Virus record (IMG/VR): IMGVR_UViG_3300028394_002328
Span: 186,001-250,000 of that record
Reading direction: 5' to 3' (one strand)
Length of the DNA stretch: 64,000 nucleotides
The translations under genes were made by a program, and so were the position numbers. Below the pieces are notes generated by a model. That model did no database searches, was not told the origin of the DNA, and saw only the letters and a program-made list of their open reading frames with translations. Positions 29,113 through 38,173 of the stretch are shown in pieces (position 1 is the stretch's first letter; each line of letters starts with the position of its first letter).

Positions 29113-29844
29113 ATGAAAGATAATTTACAAGATTTAGTTGAACATACATATGGATTAGGTAAGCTAGACCTAATTAAAATCGTGGGTACTAAAACATCAA
29201 CACAGATGTTTGCATTGTCTGAGGACAAAAGCGTTATATTTTCAGGTAATTTTAAAACTCCAATTATTGAGTTTGATGGCACATTTGGTATGCCAAACTT
29301 AAGCAAACTCAAAACAATTTTGGGATTTGAAGATTATGATGAAAATGCTATCATTACAGTTTCTACACAAAAAACTGATGAAGGTGTACAGCCTAGTGCT
29401 ATTTTGTTTGAAACAAAAACTAGTGATTTCGTAAATAATTATAGGTTTATGAAGAAATCAGTAGTAGAAGATAAAATTAAAAGTGTTTCTTTTAAAGGTG
29501 CTACTTGGAACATAGAATTTGAGCCCACAGTAGCAGGTATTTTACGTTTGAAAAAACAGCATCAAGCCAATAGTGAAGAAGAAACTTTTACGGTTAAGGT
29601 TGAAAATGGTGATCTTAAAATTTACTTTGGAGATCCAACTACTCACTCAGGCAATTTTATATTTTATCCACAAGTAACAGGAACGTTGGCTAGATCAATG
29701 ATGTGGCCTATTAAAACTTTCTTGGCAATTATGGACTTGCCAGGTGACAAAACCGTAAGAATTTCTGATCAAGGTGTAGCTGAAATTGTCATTGACAGTG
29801 GACTTGCTATATACTACTATCGTTTACCGGCTCAAATTAAATGA
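29113..29844 (+). CDS. probable DNA polymerase sliding clamp (gp45-like)
   Basis: 243 aa alternating beta/alpha pattern typical of clamps, adjacent to the polymerase; no short diagnostic motif. Confidence 0.6.
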   Translation: MKDNLQDLVEHTYGLGKLDLIKIVGTKTSTQMFALSEDKSVIFSGNFKTPIIEFDGTFGMPNLSKLKTILGFEDYDENAIITVSTQKTDEGVQPSAILFETKTSDFVNNYRFMKKSVVEDKIKSVSFKGATWNIEFEPTVAGILRLKKQHQANSEEETFTVKVENGDLKIYFGDPTTHSGNFIFYPQVTGTLARSMMWPIKTFLAIMDLPGDKTVRISDQGVAEIVIDSGLAIYYYRLPAQIK

Positions 29845-30173
29845 TTAGAATTAACCACTCAGGTGGTGTGCCGTTTTTTCAAAATGATACGTCATACAAT
29901 TTACCATCTTCAACTGGTGCTGTTCAATGGAACGGTAATAGTAAAAAATTTCAAGTAAGCAGCGGTGGTAGTTGGATAGATATTGAAAATTCAATAAATT
30001 TAAATGCTGACCATGACTACCTGATGGTTATGCGGTGGGCTAGAGAAAAAATGCATGAAGAACACGAACTAGAAAGGCTGGCAAAAGAAAATACTACTCT
30101 TAAAGATTTAGTTGACCAACTCAACTACACTAAAGAGCAGATTAAAGTAGTTACAACGCTCTTGAAAGCATAA
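29841..30173 (+). CDS. hypothetical protein with C-terminal coiled coil
   Basis: Coupled ORF (ATGA and TAATG overlaps). Confidence 0.65.
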   Translation: MIRINHSGGVPFFQNDTSYNLPSSTGAVQWNGNSKKFQVSSGGSWIDIENSINLNADHDYLMVMRWAREKMHEEHELERLAKENTTLKDLVDQLNYTKEQIKVVTTLLKA

Positions 30174-31720
30174 TGGAACAAGTAAATCTATCAACATCAC
30201 ACAATCCCGATTGGGCACTATTCTTACCAGCAGTTAGTAGTTTTTATATTGCTGGCTTAGGTAAGCAACGCAATGGCGAACAGTATTTTGACTCAGCAAG
30301 AATTCCTAAAGGTTTTGGTGGTGATGTAGAAAAACTTAATTTTCTTAATAGCAAAGAAGGATTGTACTATTACAAGTGGGGCCTGTATAGTGCAGGTCAT
30401 GCTAACTTAGATACTACTAAAGTTGACTTCAACGAAAGTATTATCCGTGATCGTGAAGCAGGTACTTTCATGCTAGGTGACAGTGGGGGCTTTCAAATTC
30501 TAAAAGGTCAATGGCCTGCTGATTGGAAAGATCCTAACTGTCCCAAAGCAATGATTAAGCGTAAGGCAGTCCTTAATTGGATGGACACATACATGGACTA
30601 TGGTATGTGTCTTGATATTCCTTCGCAATCTCTACGCACATTTCACTTAAAAGATCCAAAGACAGGTAAGTCATTGCATGGCATCAGTACTATTCAAGAG
30701 GCTATTGATGCTACACATATCAATAACAAATATTTTATTGAGAACCGTAATGGTAACTGTAAGTTCTTAAATGTTCTACAGGGTCTTACTCATACTCAAA
30801 GTGATCAGTGGTATGAAGAGATGAAAAAATATTGTGATCCAAATATCTATCCCGAGAATCATTTCAATGGTTGGGCATTTGGGGGACAAAATAAAATTGA
30901 TATTCATCTTACTCTCAAACGTATCGTAGGCATTATTCATGACGGTCTTCTCCAAGAAGGTAAACATGATTTGATTCACTGTTTGGGTACAAGTATCTTG
31001 GAATATGCTGTATTGTTTACAGATATTCAACGAGCGGTTCGCAAATATCATAATCCAAAACTACAGATTACTTTTGACTGTGCCAGCCCATTCTTCAGTG
31101 CGGCTAAAGGACTAGCATATTTCAATACCAGTATTGAGCATAATAAAAAATGGTCCTATAGCATGGAAAAAACCGCAGAGAAAAAATCCTATGCTAATGA
31201 TACTCGCAAATTCCGTGATGCGGTATTACAAGATGGTATCCATAAAGTGTTTACAGATAGTCCTGTAACTGATAGAATGCTGTTAAAGGATCTGTGCTAT
31301 AGGGGTCAAGGATTCATTGGTCAACATGGTAAAGAAACAAAAACTAGTTGGGATACTCTAAGTTATACTCTACTTCAATCTCATAATGTATACCAGCATA
31401 TCTATGCTGTACAAGAGGCTAATCGCAGATATGAACAGGGTGTGATTCCAAAGATGATTATGAATGAAACTTTTGAGCGTATTCGTTTTAGTGAAATTGT
31501 AGATGAAATTTTCTCTCTCAACGACCGCCAAAAGAGTTTGGACTTAATTGATTATCATAGTAGATTTTGGATGCAGATGCAAAGTGGTAGTCAAGGGTTT
31601 AGTGGTAAGAAAACTGTAAACGCTAGAACTATGTTTGATCAATTGTTTACTACTGAAGAACCCAAAGAAGAAGTAATTGAAGATAGTGATGACTTAATGC
31701 TTGAGGTACTAGGAGATTAA
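30173..31720 (+). CDS. dpdA: DpdA-like tRNA-guanine transglycosylase paralogue (DNA 7-deazaguanine insertion)
   Basis: TGT-fold motifs in order: GDSGGFQ, CLDIP, VLQG, WAFGG, IHCLG, FDCASP, SHN; lies in an operon with folE/queD/queE. Confidence 0.8.
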   Translation: MEQVNLSTSHNPDWALFLPAVSSFYIAGLGKQRNGEQYFDSARIPKGFGGDVEKLNFLNSKEGLYYYKWGLYSAGHANLDTTKVDFNESIIRDREAGTFMLGDSGGFQILKGQWPADWKDPNCPKAMIKRKAVLNWMDTYMDYGMCLDIPSQSLRTFHLKDPKTGKSLHGISTIQEAIDATHINNKYFIENRNGNCKFLNVLQGLTHTQSDQWYEEMKKYCDPNIYPENHFNGWAFGGQNKIDIHLTLKRIVGIIHDGLLQEGKHDLIHCLGTSILEYAVLFTDIQRAVRKYHNPKLQITFDCASPFFSAAKGLAYFNTSIEHNKKWSYSMEKTAEKKSYANDTRKFRDAVLQDGIHKVFTDSPVTDRMLLKDLCYRGQGFIGQHGKETKTSWDTLSYTLLQSHNVYQHIYAVQEANRRYEQGVIPKMIMNETFERIRFSEIVDEIFSLNDRQKSLDLIDYHSRFWMQMQSGSQGFSGKKTVNARTMFDQLFTTEEPKEEVIEDSDDLMLEVLGD

Positions 31721-31721
31721 T

Positions 31722-31925
31722 ATGCCTTATAAAAATCGTATAGAAACTATTAAACAAAGTATCAAACTATTAGAATCTAGAATTTATTCATACAATGAAT
31801 ATGATGCGGAAACTGTATTTGATATGCGGCGTCAAGTACTTATTTTGAGTACTGAATTGAACAAACTTACTAAATTGCAATGGGAAGAAGAACACGACCG
31901 AGTTAACTTTGAGGATGACCATTAA
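31722..31925 (+). CDS. hypothetical protein
   Basis: 67 aa coupled ORF. Confidence 0.6.
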   Translation: MPYKNRIETIKQSIKLLESRIYSYNEYDAETVFDMRRQVLILSTELNKLTKLQWEEEHDRVNFEDDH

Positions 31926-32375
31926 ATGGAACAAGTATTGCTAGCAAAACAAGAAAAGCGTAATCGTATTAAAGATCAGGCTAAACGCATGATTTGGGTT
32001 ACTTTTCAAAAAGAAGGTATTCACTGTTACCCTTCTGCATCTATTGATGCTAATTTGGCAACAGGTGATGAATATGATGTAAGTTTTTTAGGAACTCCGC
32101 ATCGTCACATTTTTCATTTCAATGTGGCGATTCAAGTATTTCACAACGACAGGGATATTGAATTTATTCAGTTTAAGCGATGGTTAGAGAACCTTTATCG
32201 TGGCACACTTGAACTAAATTACAAAAGTTGTGAAATGATTAGTGATGACCTTTATCAGTCTATTGCTAATCGCTATCCCGACCGTGACATTCATATCACT
32301 ATTTCAGAAGATGGTGAGAACGGTGCCACAATTTACTATAATACAACTAAACCTTATCAACAACTTGCTATTTAA
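31926..32375 (+). CDS. QueD-like T-fold protein, candidate DpdL (CDG decarboxylase)
   Basis: EGIH, LGTPHRHIF (LxxxHRHxF), DIEF, SCEM, SEDGENG; second T-fold protein in addition to the canonical queD. Confidence 0.68.
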   Translation: MEQVLLAKQEKRNRIKDQAKRMIWVTFQKEGIHCYPSASIDANLATGDEYDVSFLGTPHRHIFHFNVAIQVFHNDRDIEFIQFKRWLENLYRGTLELNYKSCEMISDDLYQSIANRYPDRDIHITISEDGENGATIYYNTTKPYQQLAI

Positions 32376-32385
32376 AGGAAATAAA

Positions 32386-32595
32386 ATGGCTAAAATTAAA
32401 TTTCAACCTAATCCCCGTGTTCATGCAATTTTCGATGACCTTGACAAGTACCGCGAATTTTGTGTAGATTATGGATTTAAATTTGATGAAGCAGACCTCT
32501 ACAGCACTAAAAGCTACGTCTATAGGCAATTCACTAAACATCTTTCAGGTAAAACTGTAAAGAGTATATGGGATATTGATACTAAGGCTAATTAA
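32386..32595 (+). CDS. hypothetical protein (MAKIKFQPNP...)
   Basis: AAGGA SD before ATG 32386; shorter than the track ORF starting 32242. Confidence 0.65.
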   Translation: MAKIKFQPNPRVHAIFDDLDKYREFCVDYGFKFDEADLYSTKSYVYRQFTKHLSGKTVKSIWDIDTKAN

Positions 32596-33770
32596 TGCGT
32601 AAACTATTTTACATGGGTCTTGAGCCGTATAAGGCCCGATACACTCTACAACTACAAGAATGGAATGAACGTGTATTTAAGCGGCGTAAGATTAACTATG
32701 TAATCGTACCCGGCGAAACACTAACTACTGACCAATCTATTGTTACTGGTCAGGTCCTAGATGCACATGGTCGCACATACTTTGGTATGAGCCAATTAAT
32801 GAATCTAGTTAAGTTGATGAAGGCAGGTGAATGCAGTAATGAAGATGTTATATACTTTGAGGACATGTTTCAACCAGGAATCGAGAGTCTACCCTATATC
32901 CTCAATCAAATCAGTCCTGAGCATTGCCCTCGCATTTTTGTTCGCTGTCTTGCTCAGTCTATTGATCCAGATGATTTTGTTCATGTCTGGGGTATGTCAG
33001 AGTGGATGGGCCATTATGAAAAAATGGTTGACTCGTTCGTAGATGGTGTACTTGCTACTAACGAAGAAATGGTAATGCATATGAAGGTAGCAGGTTGGAG
33101 GGCTCCAATCTATAATATTTCAGGGCTTGCATTTGGTCGTGATGAAGTACAAAGCCGTGTTGAGCAAATTAAAAACTTCAATGATCGGCGTATGCGTGTA
33201 GTGTTCAGTTCACGTTGGGATCAGGAAAAACAACCTGATTTTTATATGGATCTGATTGAAGCATATCATGCCTCACATCCAAATCATAATACCGAATTTG
33301 TTATCTGTAGCGGTGGTAGTCTTAAGTCAAATAACCAATCTTACATGAGTAGGACTCGCAAATTTCAAGAAAAAGGTTTGCTAACGGTTTATGAAAACTT
33401 AGAAAAAAATGCTTATTATAATATCCTTAATGATAGTAGGGTTGTCTTTAATTGCGCCCTTCAAGATTGGGTTTCCAACACAGTCAGTGAAGCAGATAGT
33501 CTTGGGTGTAATGTTTTATTCCCTGCTTATCGGTCTTTCCCTGAGACTTTTTCTAATGACCATACAAGACTTTATGTACCTTGGTCAATAGAAGATGCAC
33601 TAGCAAAACTAGAAAAATTGTTGGCTAAACCTCACGTTAATATTGGTAAGATTAGTAAATATAATGATGGTACTATTGACCGTATTTGTGACATTCTACA
33701 AGATAAAGGTGATAGTATGTTGAGAATGTCTACTGACTATCGTAAATATCTCAGAGAAAATAAGTATTGA
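32595..33770 (+). CDS. GT-B fold glycosyltransferase
   Basis: VVFSSRWDQEKQP and VFNCALQDWVSNTVSEA...GCNVLFPAYRSFPE, the GT4-like nucleotide-sugar binding region. Confidence 0.75.
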   Translation: MRKLFYMGLEPYKARYTLQLQEWNERVFKRRKINYVIVPGETLTTDQSIVTGQVLDAHGRTYFGMSQLMNLVKLMKAGECSNEDVIYFEDMFQPGIESLPYILNQISPEHCPRIFVRCLAQSIDPDDFVHVWGMSEWMGHYEKMVDSFVDGVLATNEEMVMHMKVAGWRAPIYNISGLAFGRDEVQSRVEQIKNFNDRRMRVVFSSRWDQEKQPDFYMDLIEAYHASHPNHNTEFVICSGGSLKSNNQSYMSRTRKFQEKGLLTVYENLEKNAYYNILNDSRVVFNCALQDWVSNTVSEADSLGCNVLFPAYRSFPETFSNDHTRLYVPWSIEDALAKLEKLLAKPHVNIGKISKYNDGTIDRICDILQDKGDSMLRMSTDYRKYLRENKY

Positions 33771-33837
33771 TAAATACTAATGTCACACAAAGGTGACAAA
33801 ATGTCAAAACAAAACCATCACAACGGAGGGTTATCAA

Positions 33838-34512
33838 ATGTCGTACAATAAAACCAAAACAGATCCTGAACTAGGACTATTAGTACATGAATATCTAGTA
33901 AAGATGGGAGTTGAAACTCCTGTTATTTCAAACGGTATTGATCGTAAAGAAAAGATTGATAAAATTGAGAATCATTTTCGTGAGATTATGGGGATTCTCG
34001 GCCTAGACTTAACTGATGATAGTCTAATAGAAACACCTAACCGTGTTGCTAAAATGTATGTAAATGAAATTTTTTGGGGACTCGATTTTGAAGCATTCCC
34101 AAAATGTACTACAGTAGACAATAAAATGCACTATAATGAAATGGTGGTTGAACGTAATATCAACGTTCAAAGTAACTGCGAACATCATTTTGTAATCATT
34201 GATGGATTAGCAACTGTAGCATATGTACCAAAAAGAAAGGTATTAGGTCTAAGTAAAATTAATCGCATTGTAGAATACTTTAGCAAGCGCCCACAAATTC
34301 AAGAACGGTTGACTGAACAGATTTTCTATGCACTACAATTTATCCTTGAAACAAATGATGTTGCGGTTATGATTGATGCCCAACATTATTGTGTCAAAAG
34401 CCGAGGTGTAGAAGATACAGGTAGTAGTACTGTTACTACTAGGCTTGGCGGTGGATTCAAATCTGATCCTGAAGTTCGTAATGAATTTTATCAGATTGCA
34501 AGGATGCGTTAA
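33838..34512 (+). CDS. folE: GTP cyclohydrolase I
   Basis: ETPNRVAKMY, SNCEHHF, GLSKINRIV, RPQIQERLT, HYCVKSRG; GGAGG SD before ATG 33838. Confidence 0.95.
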   Translation: MSYNKTKTDPELGLLVHEYLVKMGVETPVISNGIDRKEKIDKIENHFREIMGILGLDLTDDSLIETPNRVAKMYVNEIFWGLDFEAFPKCTTVDNKMHYNEMVVERNINVQSNCEHHFVIIDGLATVAYVPKRKVLGLSKINRIVEYFSKRPQIQERLTEQIFYALQFILETNDVAVMIDAQHYCVKSRGVEDTGSSTVTTRLGGGFKSDPEVRNEFYQIARMR

Positions 34513-34637
34513 TGTTAACTATATTGACCTTGATTGTAATTGTTGCTATAACTTATATTATGTTTTTTAAAACTACAATCAATAGTAATTGCAATGGAAA
34601 TTGCAATCAAGGTCGCAACTGTACATGTAAGGTATAA
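34512..34637 (+). CDS. 41 aa membrane-anchored Cys-rich peptide (…CNGNCNQGRNCTC), not in the ORF track
   Basis: TAATG coupling to folE; hydrophobic N-terminus and four Cys. Confidence 0.6.
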   Translation: MLTILTLIVIVAITYIMFFKTTINSNCNGNCNQGRNCTCKV

Positions 34638-34639
34638 AG

Positions 34640-34876
34640 ATGGGATTTAAAAAACCATTAGAATTAAGTACAGTCGTTTATCAGATTAGCGCGGCTGGAA
34701 GAGAACTAACTAGTCCATATAACGATGGATTTACACAATGGGAAATCAAAAAAGAATTATATTACATTAAGTTTCTTTTAGATGATATAATTGAACGATC
34801 TGGTACGTTTAATGGCGAAGAGGAATTCTTAAAAGAAGAATCTCAAAAAAGAATGATCAACATACTAAAAAGGTAA
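34640..34876 (+). CDS. hypothetical protein
   Basis: 78 aa ORF in operon. Confidence 0.65.
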   Translation: MGFKKPLELSTVVYQISAAGRELTSPYNDGFTQWEIKKELYYIKFLLDDIIERSGTFNGEEEFLKEESQKRMINILKR

Positions 34877-34880
34877 TAAA

Positions 34881-35084
34881 ATGAAAGAATTTGTGCTTAA
34901 AGATATGAATCAATACACAGTTAGAGTTAAGAAAAATAGGTGTTTGAGACCACAAGAGTTGACTCATATTGAGTTTATCCAAGAAAGTAAAAACGATAAA
35001 GGTGAAGTAGTAGATACTTCAACCTATCAATTTTTCTTAACTGACAGTGAAATTAAAACTCTAGTAGCCAATTTGGTTGAATAA
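34881..35084 (+). CDS. hypothetical protein
   Basis: 67 aa ORF in operon. Confidence 0.6.
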   Translation: MKEFVLKDMNQYTVRVKKNRCLRPQELTHIEFIQESKNDKGEVVDTSTYQFFLTDSEIKTLVANLVE

Positions 35085-35085
35085 T

Positions 35086-35631
35086 ATGGCTAAGTTTTAT
35101 TCAACCAAAACTTATGGTAATGACAGAGGATTAAGTTGTTGTTTTAGACAATGGCGAGCTAAACACAGTCATTGTAGTACATTACATGGATACAGTATTG
35201 GTATTAAATTAGTATTTGAATGCGAAACATTGGATGACAAAAACTGGTGTATGGACTTTGGTGGACTAAAAGAATTCAAAGCATGGGCTGATTATATGTT
35301 TGACCATACACTAATTATTGCTGAAGATGATCCTCATCTAGAATTTTTCAAGCAAATGGCATTGATTGACACAAACTGGACTTTGCCCGAAACCGGTCCA
35401 GATGAAATGCGAGTTGATAGAAATAATTTCGAGCCATACCAAAGAGGCTCTCTATGTGATTTACGCATTGTAGAAGGTGTAGGTTGTGAGATGTTTGCTA
35501 AAATGGCATATGACAAAATGGCTGAGTTGTTAGACGGTGGTAATATGCGATATCCCATTAACCCTAATGTAAGAATTAAAAGCGCCGAGGTTTTCGAGCA
35601 TGGAGCCAACTCAGCTACCTACGAGGGTTAA
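35086..35631 (+). CDS. queD: 6-carboxy-5,6,7,8-tetrahydropterin synthase QueD
   Basis: SHCSTLHGYS, MDFGGLK, FDHT, GCEMFA, VFEHGANSA. Confidence 0.88.
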   Translation: MAKFYSTKTYGNDRGLSCCFRQWRAKHSHCSTLHGYSIGIKLVFECETLDDKNWCMDFGGLKEFKAWADYMFDHTLIIAEDDPHLEFFKQMALIDTNWTLPETGPDEMRVDRNNFEPYQRGSLCDLRIVEGVGCEMFAKMAYDKMAELLDGGNMRYPINPNVRIKSAEVFEHGANSATYEG

Positions 35632-35782
35632 ACTTTGGCGATTATGGAGCAAGGCATTGGGAGAAAAGTCCGGTGCCACGGATCAAGAAAGTGACCTAAT
35701 AGCTTTGGTTAGAACTTGTATTGTGATATCATATATAATTACAAATATGTTTATCATAGCAGGGATTATACGACATTGGTAA
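35600..35782 (+). CDS. small membrane protein
   Basis: WRLWSKALGEK...D.IALVRT followed by a hydrophobic helix. Confidence 0.55.
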   Translation: MEPTQLPTRVKLWRLWSKALGEKSGATDQESDLIALVRTCIVISYIITNMFIIAGIIRHW

Positions 35783-35800
35783 TTAATTTAGGAATTTAAA

Positions 35801-35989
35801 ATGAGTGATGTTAGAAATCGCATGGCAGAATTAATGGAACCTATTGACAAGCAAATTATGATGTGCGATAATAGGGAAGATTTGCTAATGTTAGCCTGTG
35901 CTATGTTGACTTCAGTTAAAACGATATTTGACCAAGAGTTAGGTAAAAAAGCCCGTATCCAATTATTTAAAGATTATATAGATGAGTAA
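35801..35989 (+). CDS. hypothetical protein
   Basis: 62 aa ORF with AGGA SD. Confidence 0.6.
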   Translation: MSDVRNRMAELMEPIDKQIMMCDNREDLLMLACAMLTSVKTIFDQELGKKARIQLFKDYIDE

Positions 35990-36833
35990 TATTAAGATAA
36001 GCGAACTGTTCTATTCCATACAAGGAGAAGGTCGTTATATGGGGGTGCCTAGTGTGTTCCTTCGCACATTTGGCTGTAATTTTACCTGTGATGGTTTTGG
36101 TATGCCACGCGGAGGAACAAGTATTGAACGAATTCAAGTTGGATTGTTACATGAAGGAAATCCTTATAAAAATTATAAAGATTTGCCCCTTGTAAGTACA
36201 GGTTGTGACAGTTATGCAAGTTGGGATCCAGCATTTAAAGATTTGAGTCCTGTACTTACTACTGATGCTATCGTTAATCGCATTATGGAAATTCTTCCAT
36301 ATAATGAATGGCGTGATGAACATTTGGTTATTACAGGTGGAGAACCATTGCTAGGTTGGCAAAAACAATATCCTGATCTATTAAATCATCTTAAAATGCA
36401 TGGTTTAAAAGAAATTACTTTTGAAACAAATGGTACTCAAAAACTAACTTCAGAATTTAAATCAGCATTAAAAGAATGGAGCAAATGGTACAATAGAGAA
36501 ATTACATTTAGTGTTAGTGCCAAACTGCCTTGTAGCGGTGAAATATGGGAAGATGCTATTAAACCTAAGGTAGTATGTGAATATGAACAATATGGCACTT
36601 CCTATCTAAAGTTTGTTATTGCTACAGAACAAGATTTTGCTGATGCCAAAAATGCTATTGCTGAATTTCGTGGTGCAGGATTTAAAGGACATGTATATCT
36701 AATGCCAATTGGTGGTGTGGAAAGTATTTACTCTATGAATAATAAAAATGTAGCCATGCTAGCAATGAAGCATGGACTAAGATACAGCGATAGACTCCAG
36801 GTACCTCTGTTCAAAAACGAATGGGGTACTTGA
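35982..36833 (+). CDS. queE: 7-carboxy-7-deazaguanine synthase QueE (radical SAM)
   Basis: ISELFYSIQGEG, FLRTFGCNFTC...CDS, VITGGEP, FETNG, SVSAKL, RLQVPLF. Confidence 0.92.
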   Translation: MSNIKISELFYSIQGEGRYMGVPSVFLRTFGCNFTCDGFGMPRGGTSIERIQVGLLHEGNPYKNYKDLPLVSTGCDSYASWDPAFKDLSPVLTTDAIVNRIMEILPYNEWRDEHLVITGGEPLLGWQKQYPDLLNHLKMHGLKEITFETNGTQKLTSEFKSALKEWSKWYNREITFSVSAKLPCSGEIWEDAIKPKVVCEYEQYGTSYLKFVIATEQDFADAKNAIAEFRGAGFKGHVYLMPIGGVESIYSMNNKNVAMLAMKHGLRYSDRLQVPLFKNEWGT

Positions 36834-38173
36834 TGAGGACGTATGATAAACGAATTGGTTTTTTAGTTAGTTTCCAAACACTAGTACCTCATGGTGGTAT
36901 AGGACAATTCGCTAAAAGTTTCTGCGAATTGATGGATAGTCATAATATTAAAGTTGATATTATTACTGACAAAGAACCAAAAAATAATGAGTTTGTAAAC
37001 TCATTAAAAGCAAATATTGTTTATCCTACTGAGTCATTCACATACACAGATCATAGTAATATCTTTATGTATGGTGATACCTTTTGCTATGAACGAATGG
37101 CTAACTTTCGCAACGCAATAATTAAAGCCACAACCAATAACCTATATGACGCATTAATTTGTAACACATATGAAACTATACAAGTTGCTAGTACAATGGG
37201 TCTTGAAGATGTAATTCAAATCATTGCCTATACTCATTTAGAAAGTCAAATCTTTAAGGATACTAAAAATCCTTTCTTACATAGTACCAATGAAATGATG
37301 CGTAATCAATTAGAAATGAATGGATTGTATGTAGGAACACAAAGCAAATTCAATCAAATTTCAATGAGCAATAGCGCATGGCATCTACCTATTCCAATTA
37401 CTGAGCGTGGGTTACTAGAAGAACATCATAAACCACGTGAAGGTGTATTGTTTATTGGTCGTTGGGAAGAAGGTAAAAATCCCGAAACATATTTAGAGTT
37501 GATTGAAAAAACTAAGTTACCTGCGAGGGTAATGACTAATGCCAATGGTGCAAAAAAGTTTGAAGAACGCTTTAAAAAGATAGGCGTAACTGATTATAAA
37601 ATTGCTGTTAGTATTATTGGTAAAGAAAAAGTAGATTTCATTACTAGTTGTAGAGTAGCATTCAATCCTAGTACAGTAGAAAGTTATGGTATGGCTTTCT
37701 ATGAGCAACATATTCAATTACCTACAGTTGTTTTAGAAAATCAACGTTGGACTAATAACTTTGATAAAAATCATTTCTTTACTGTAAATAAAAAGAACAT
37801 GGTTGAAACTGTATTAGATTTATACAACAATGTTCCTGATGCTAAAACATGGTATGCTAATAATATATTAGAAGTATATCAGAGTAAAGAGAATGATGTA
37901 TTTCACAAATGGAATGAATGTTTTAACAAGTTTACTAGTAAACAATCAAACAGTAATACCGCAAAAATATGTGAAGAAACTACTGTAAAGTATATTGATT
38001 TTACTAATAGTTTAGGTCGTAGATTATTGTGTATTGACGATATTAAATCTGTATTGACAAACAAACATAAATTCCGTATAATATACACAGATAATGATAC
38101 ATACTTATCTAAAGATCCAACATTTGAACCAGTAGAGGAAGTAACAGGCTTAAGCCTATTTGAAGGATTATGA
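36833..38173 (+). CDS. GT-B fold (GT4-like) glycosyltransferase
   Basis: PHGGIGQF N-terminal loop, LFIGRWEEGKNP, PSTVESYGMAFYE; TGATG coupling to queE. Confidence 0.78.
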   Translation: MRTYDKRIGFLVSFQTLVPHGGIGQFAKSFCELMDSHNIKVDIITDKEPKNNEFVNSLKANIVYPTESFTYTDHSNIFMYGDTFCYERMANFRNAIIKATTNNLYDALICNTYETIQVASTMGLEDVIQIIAYTHLESQIFKDTKNPFLHSTNEMMRNQLEMNGLYVGTQSKFNQISMSNSAWHLPIPITERGLLEEHHKPREGVLFIGRWEEGKNPETYLELIEKTKLPARVMTNANGAKKFEERFKKIGVTDYKIAVSIIGKEKVDFITSCRVAFNPSTVESYGMAFYEQHIQLPTVVLENQRWTNNFDKNHFFTVNKKNMVETVLDLYNNVPDAKTWYANNILEVYQSKENDVFHKWNECFNKFTSKQSNSNTAKICEETTVKYIDFTNSLGRRLLCIDDIKSVLTNKHKFRIIYTDNDTYLSKDPTFEPVEEVTGLSLFEGL

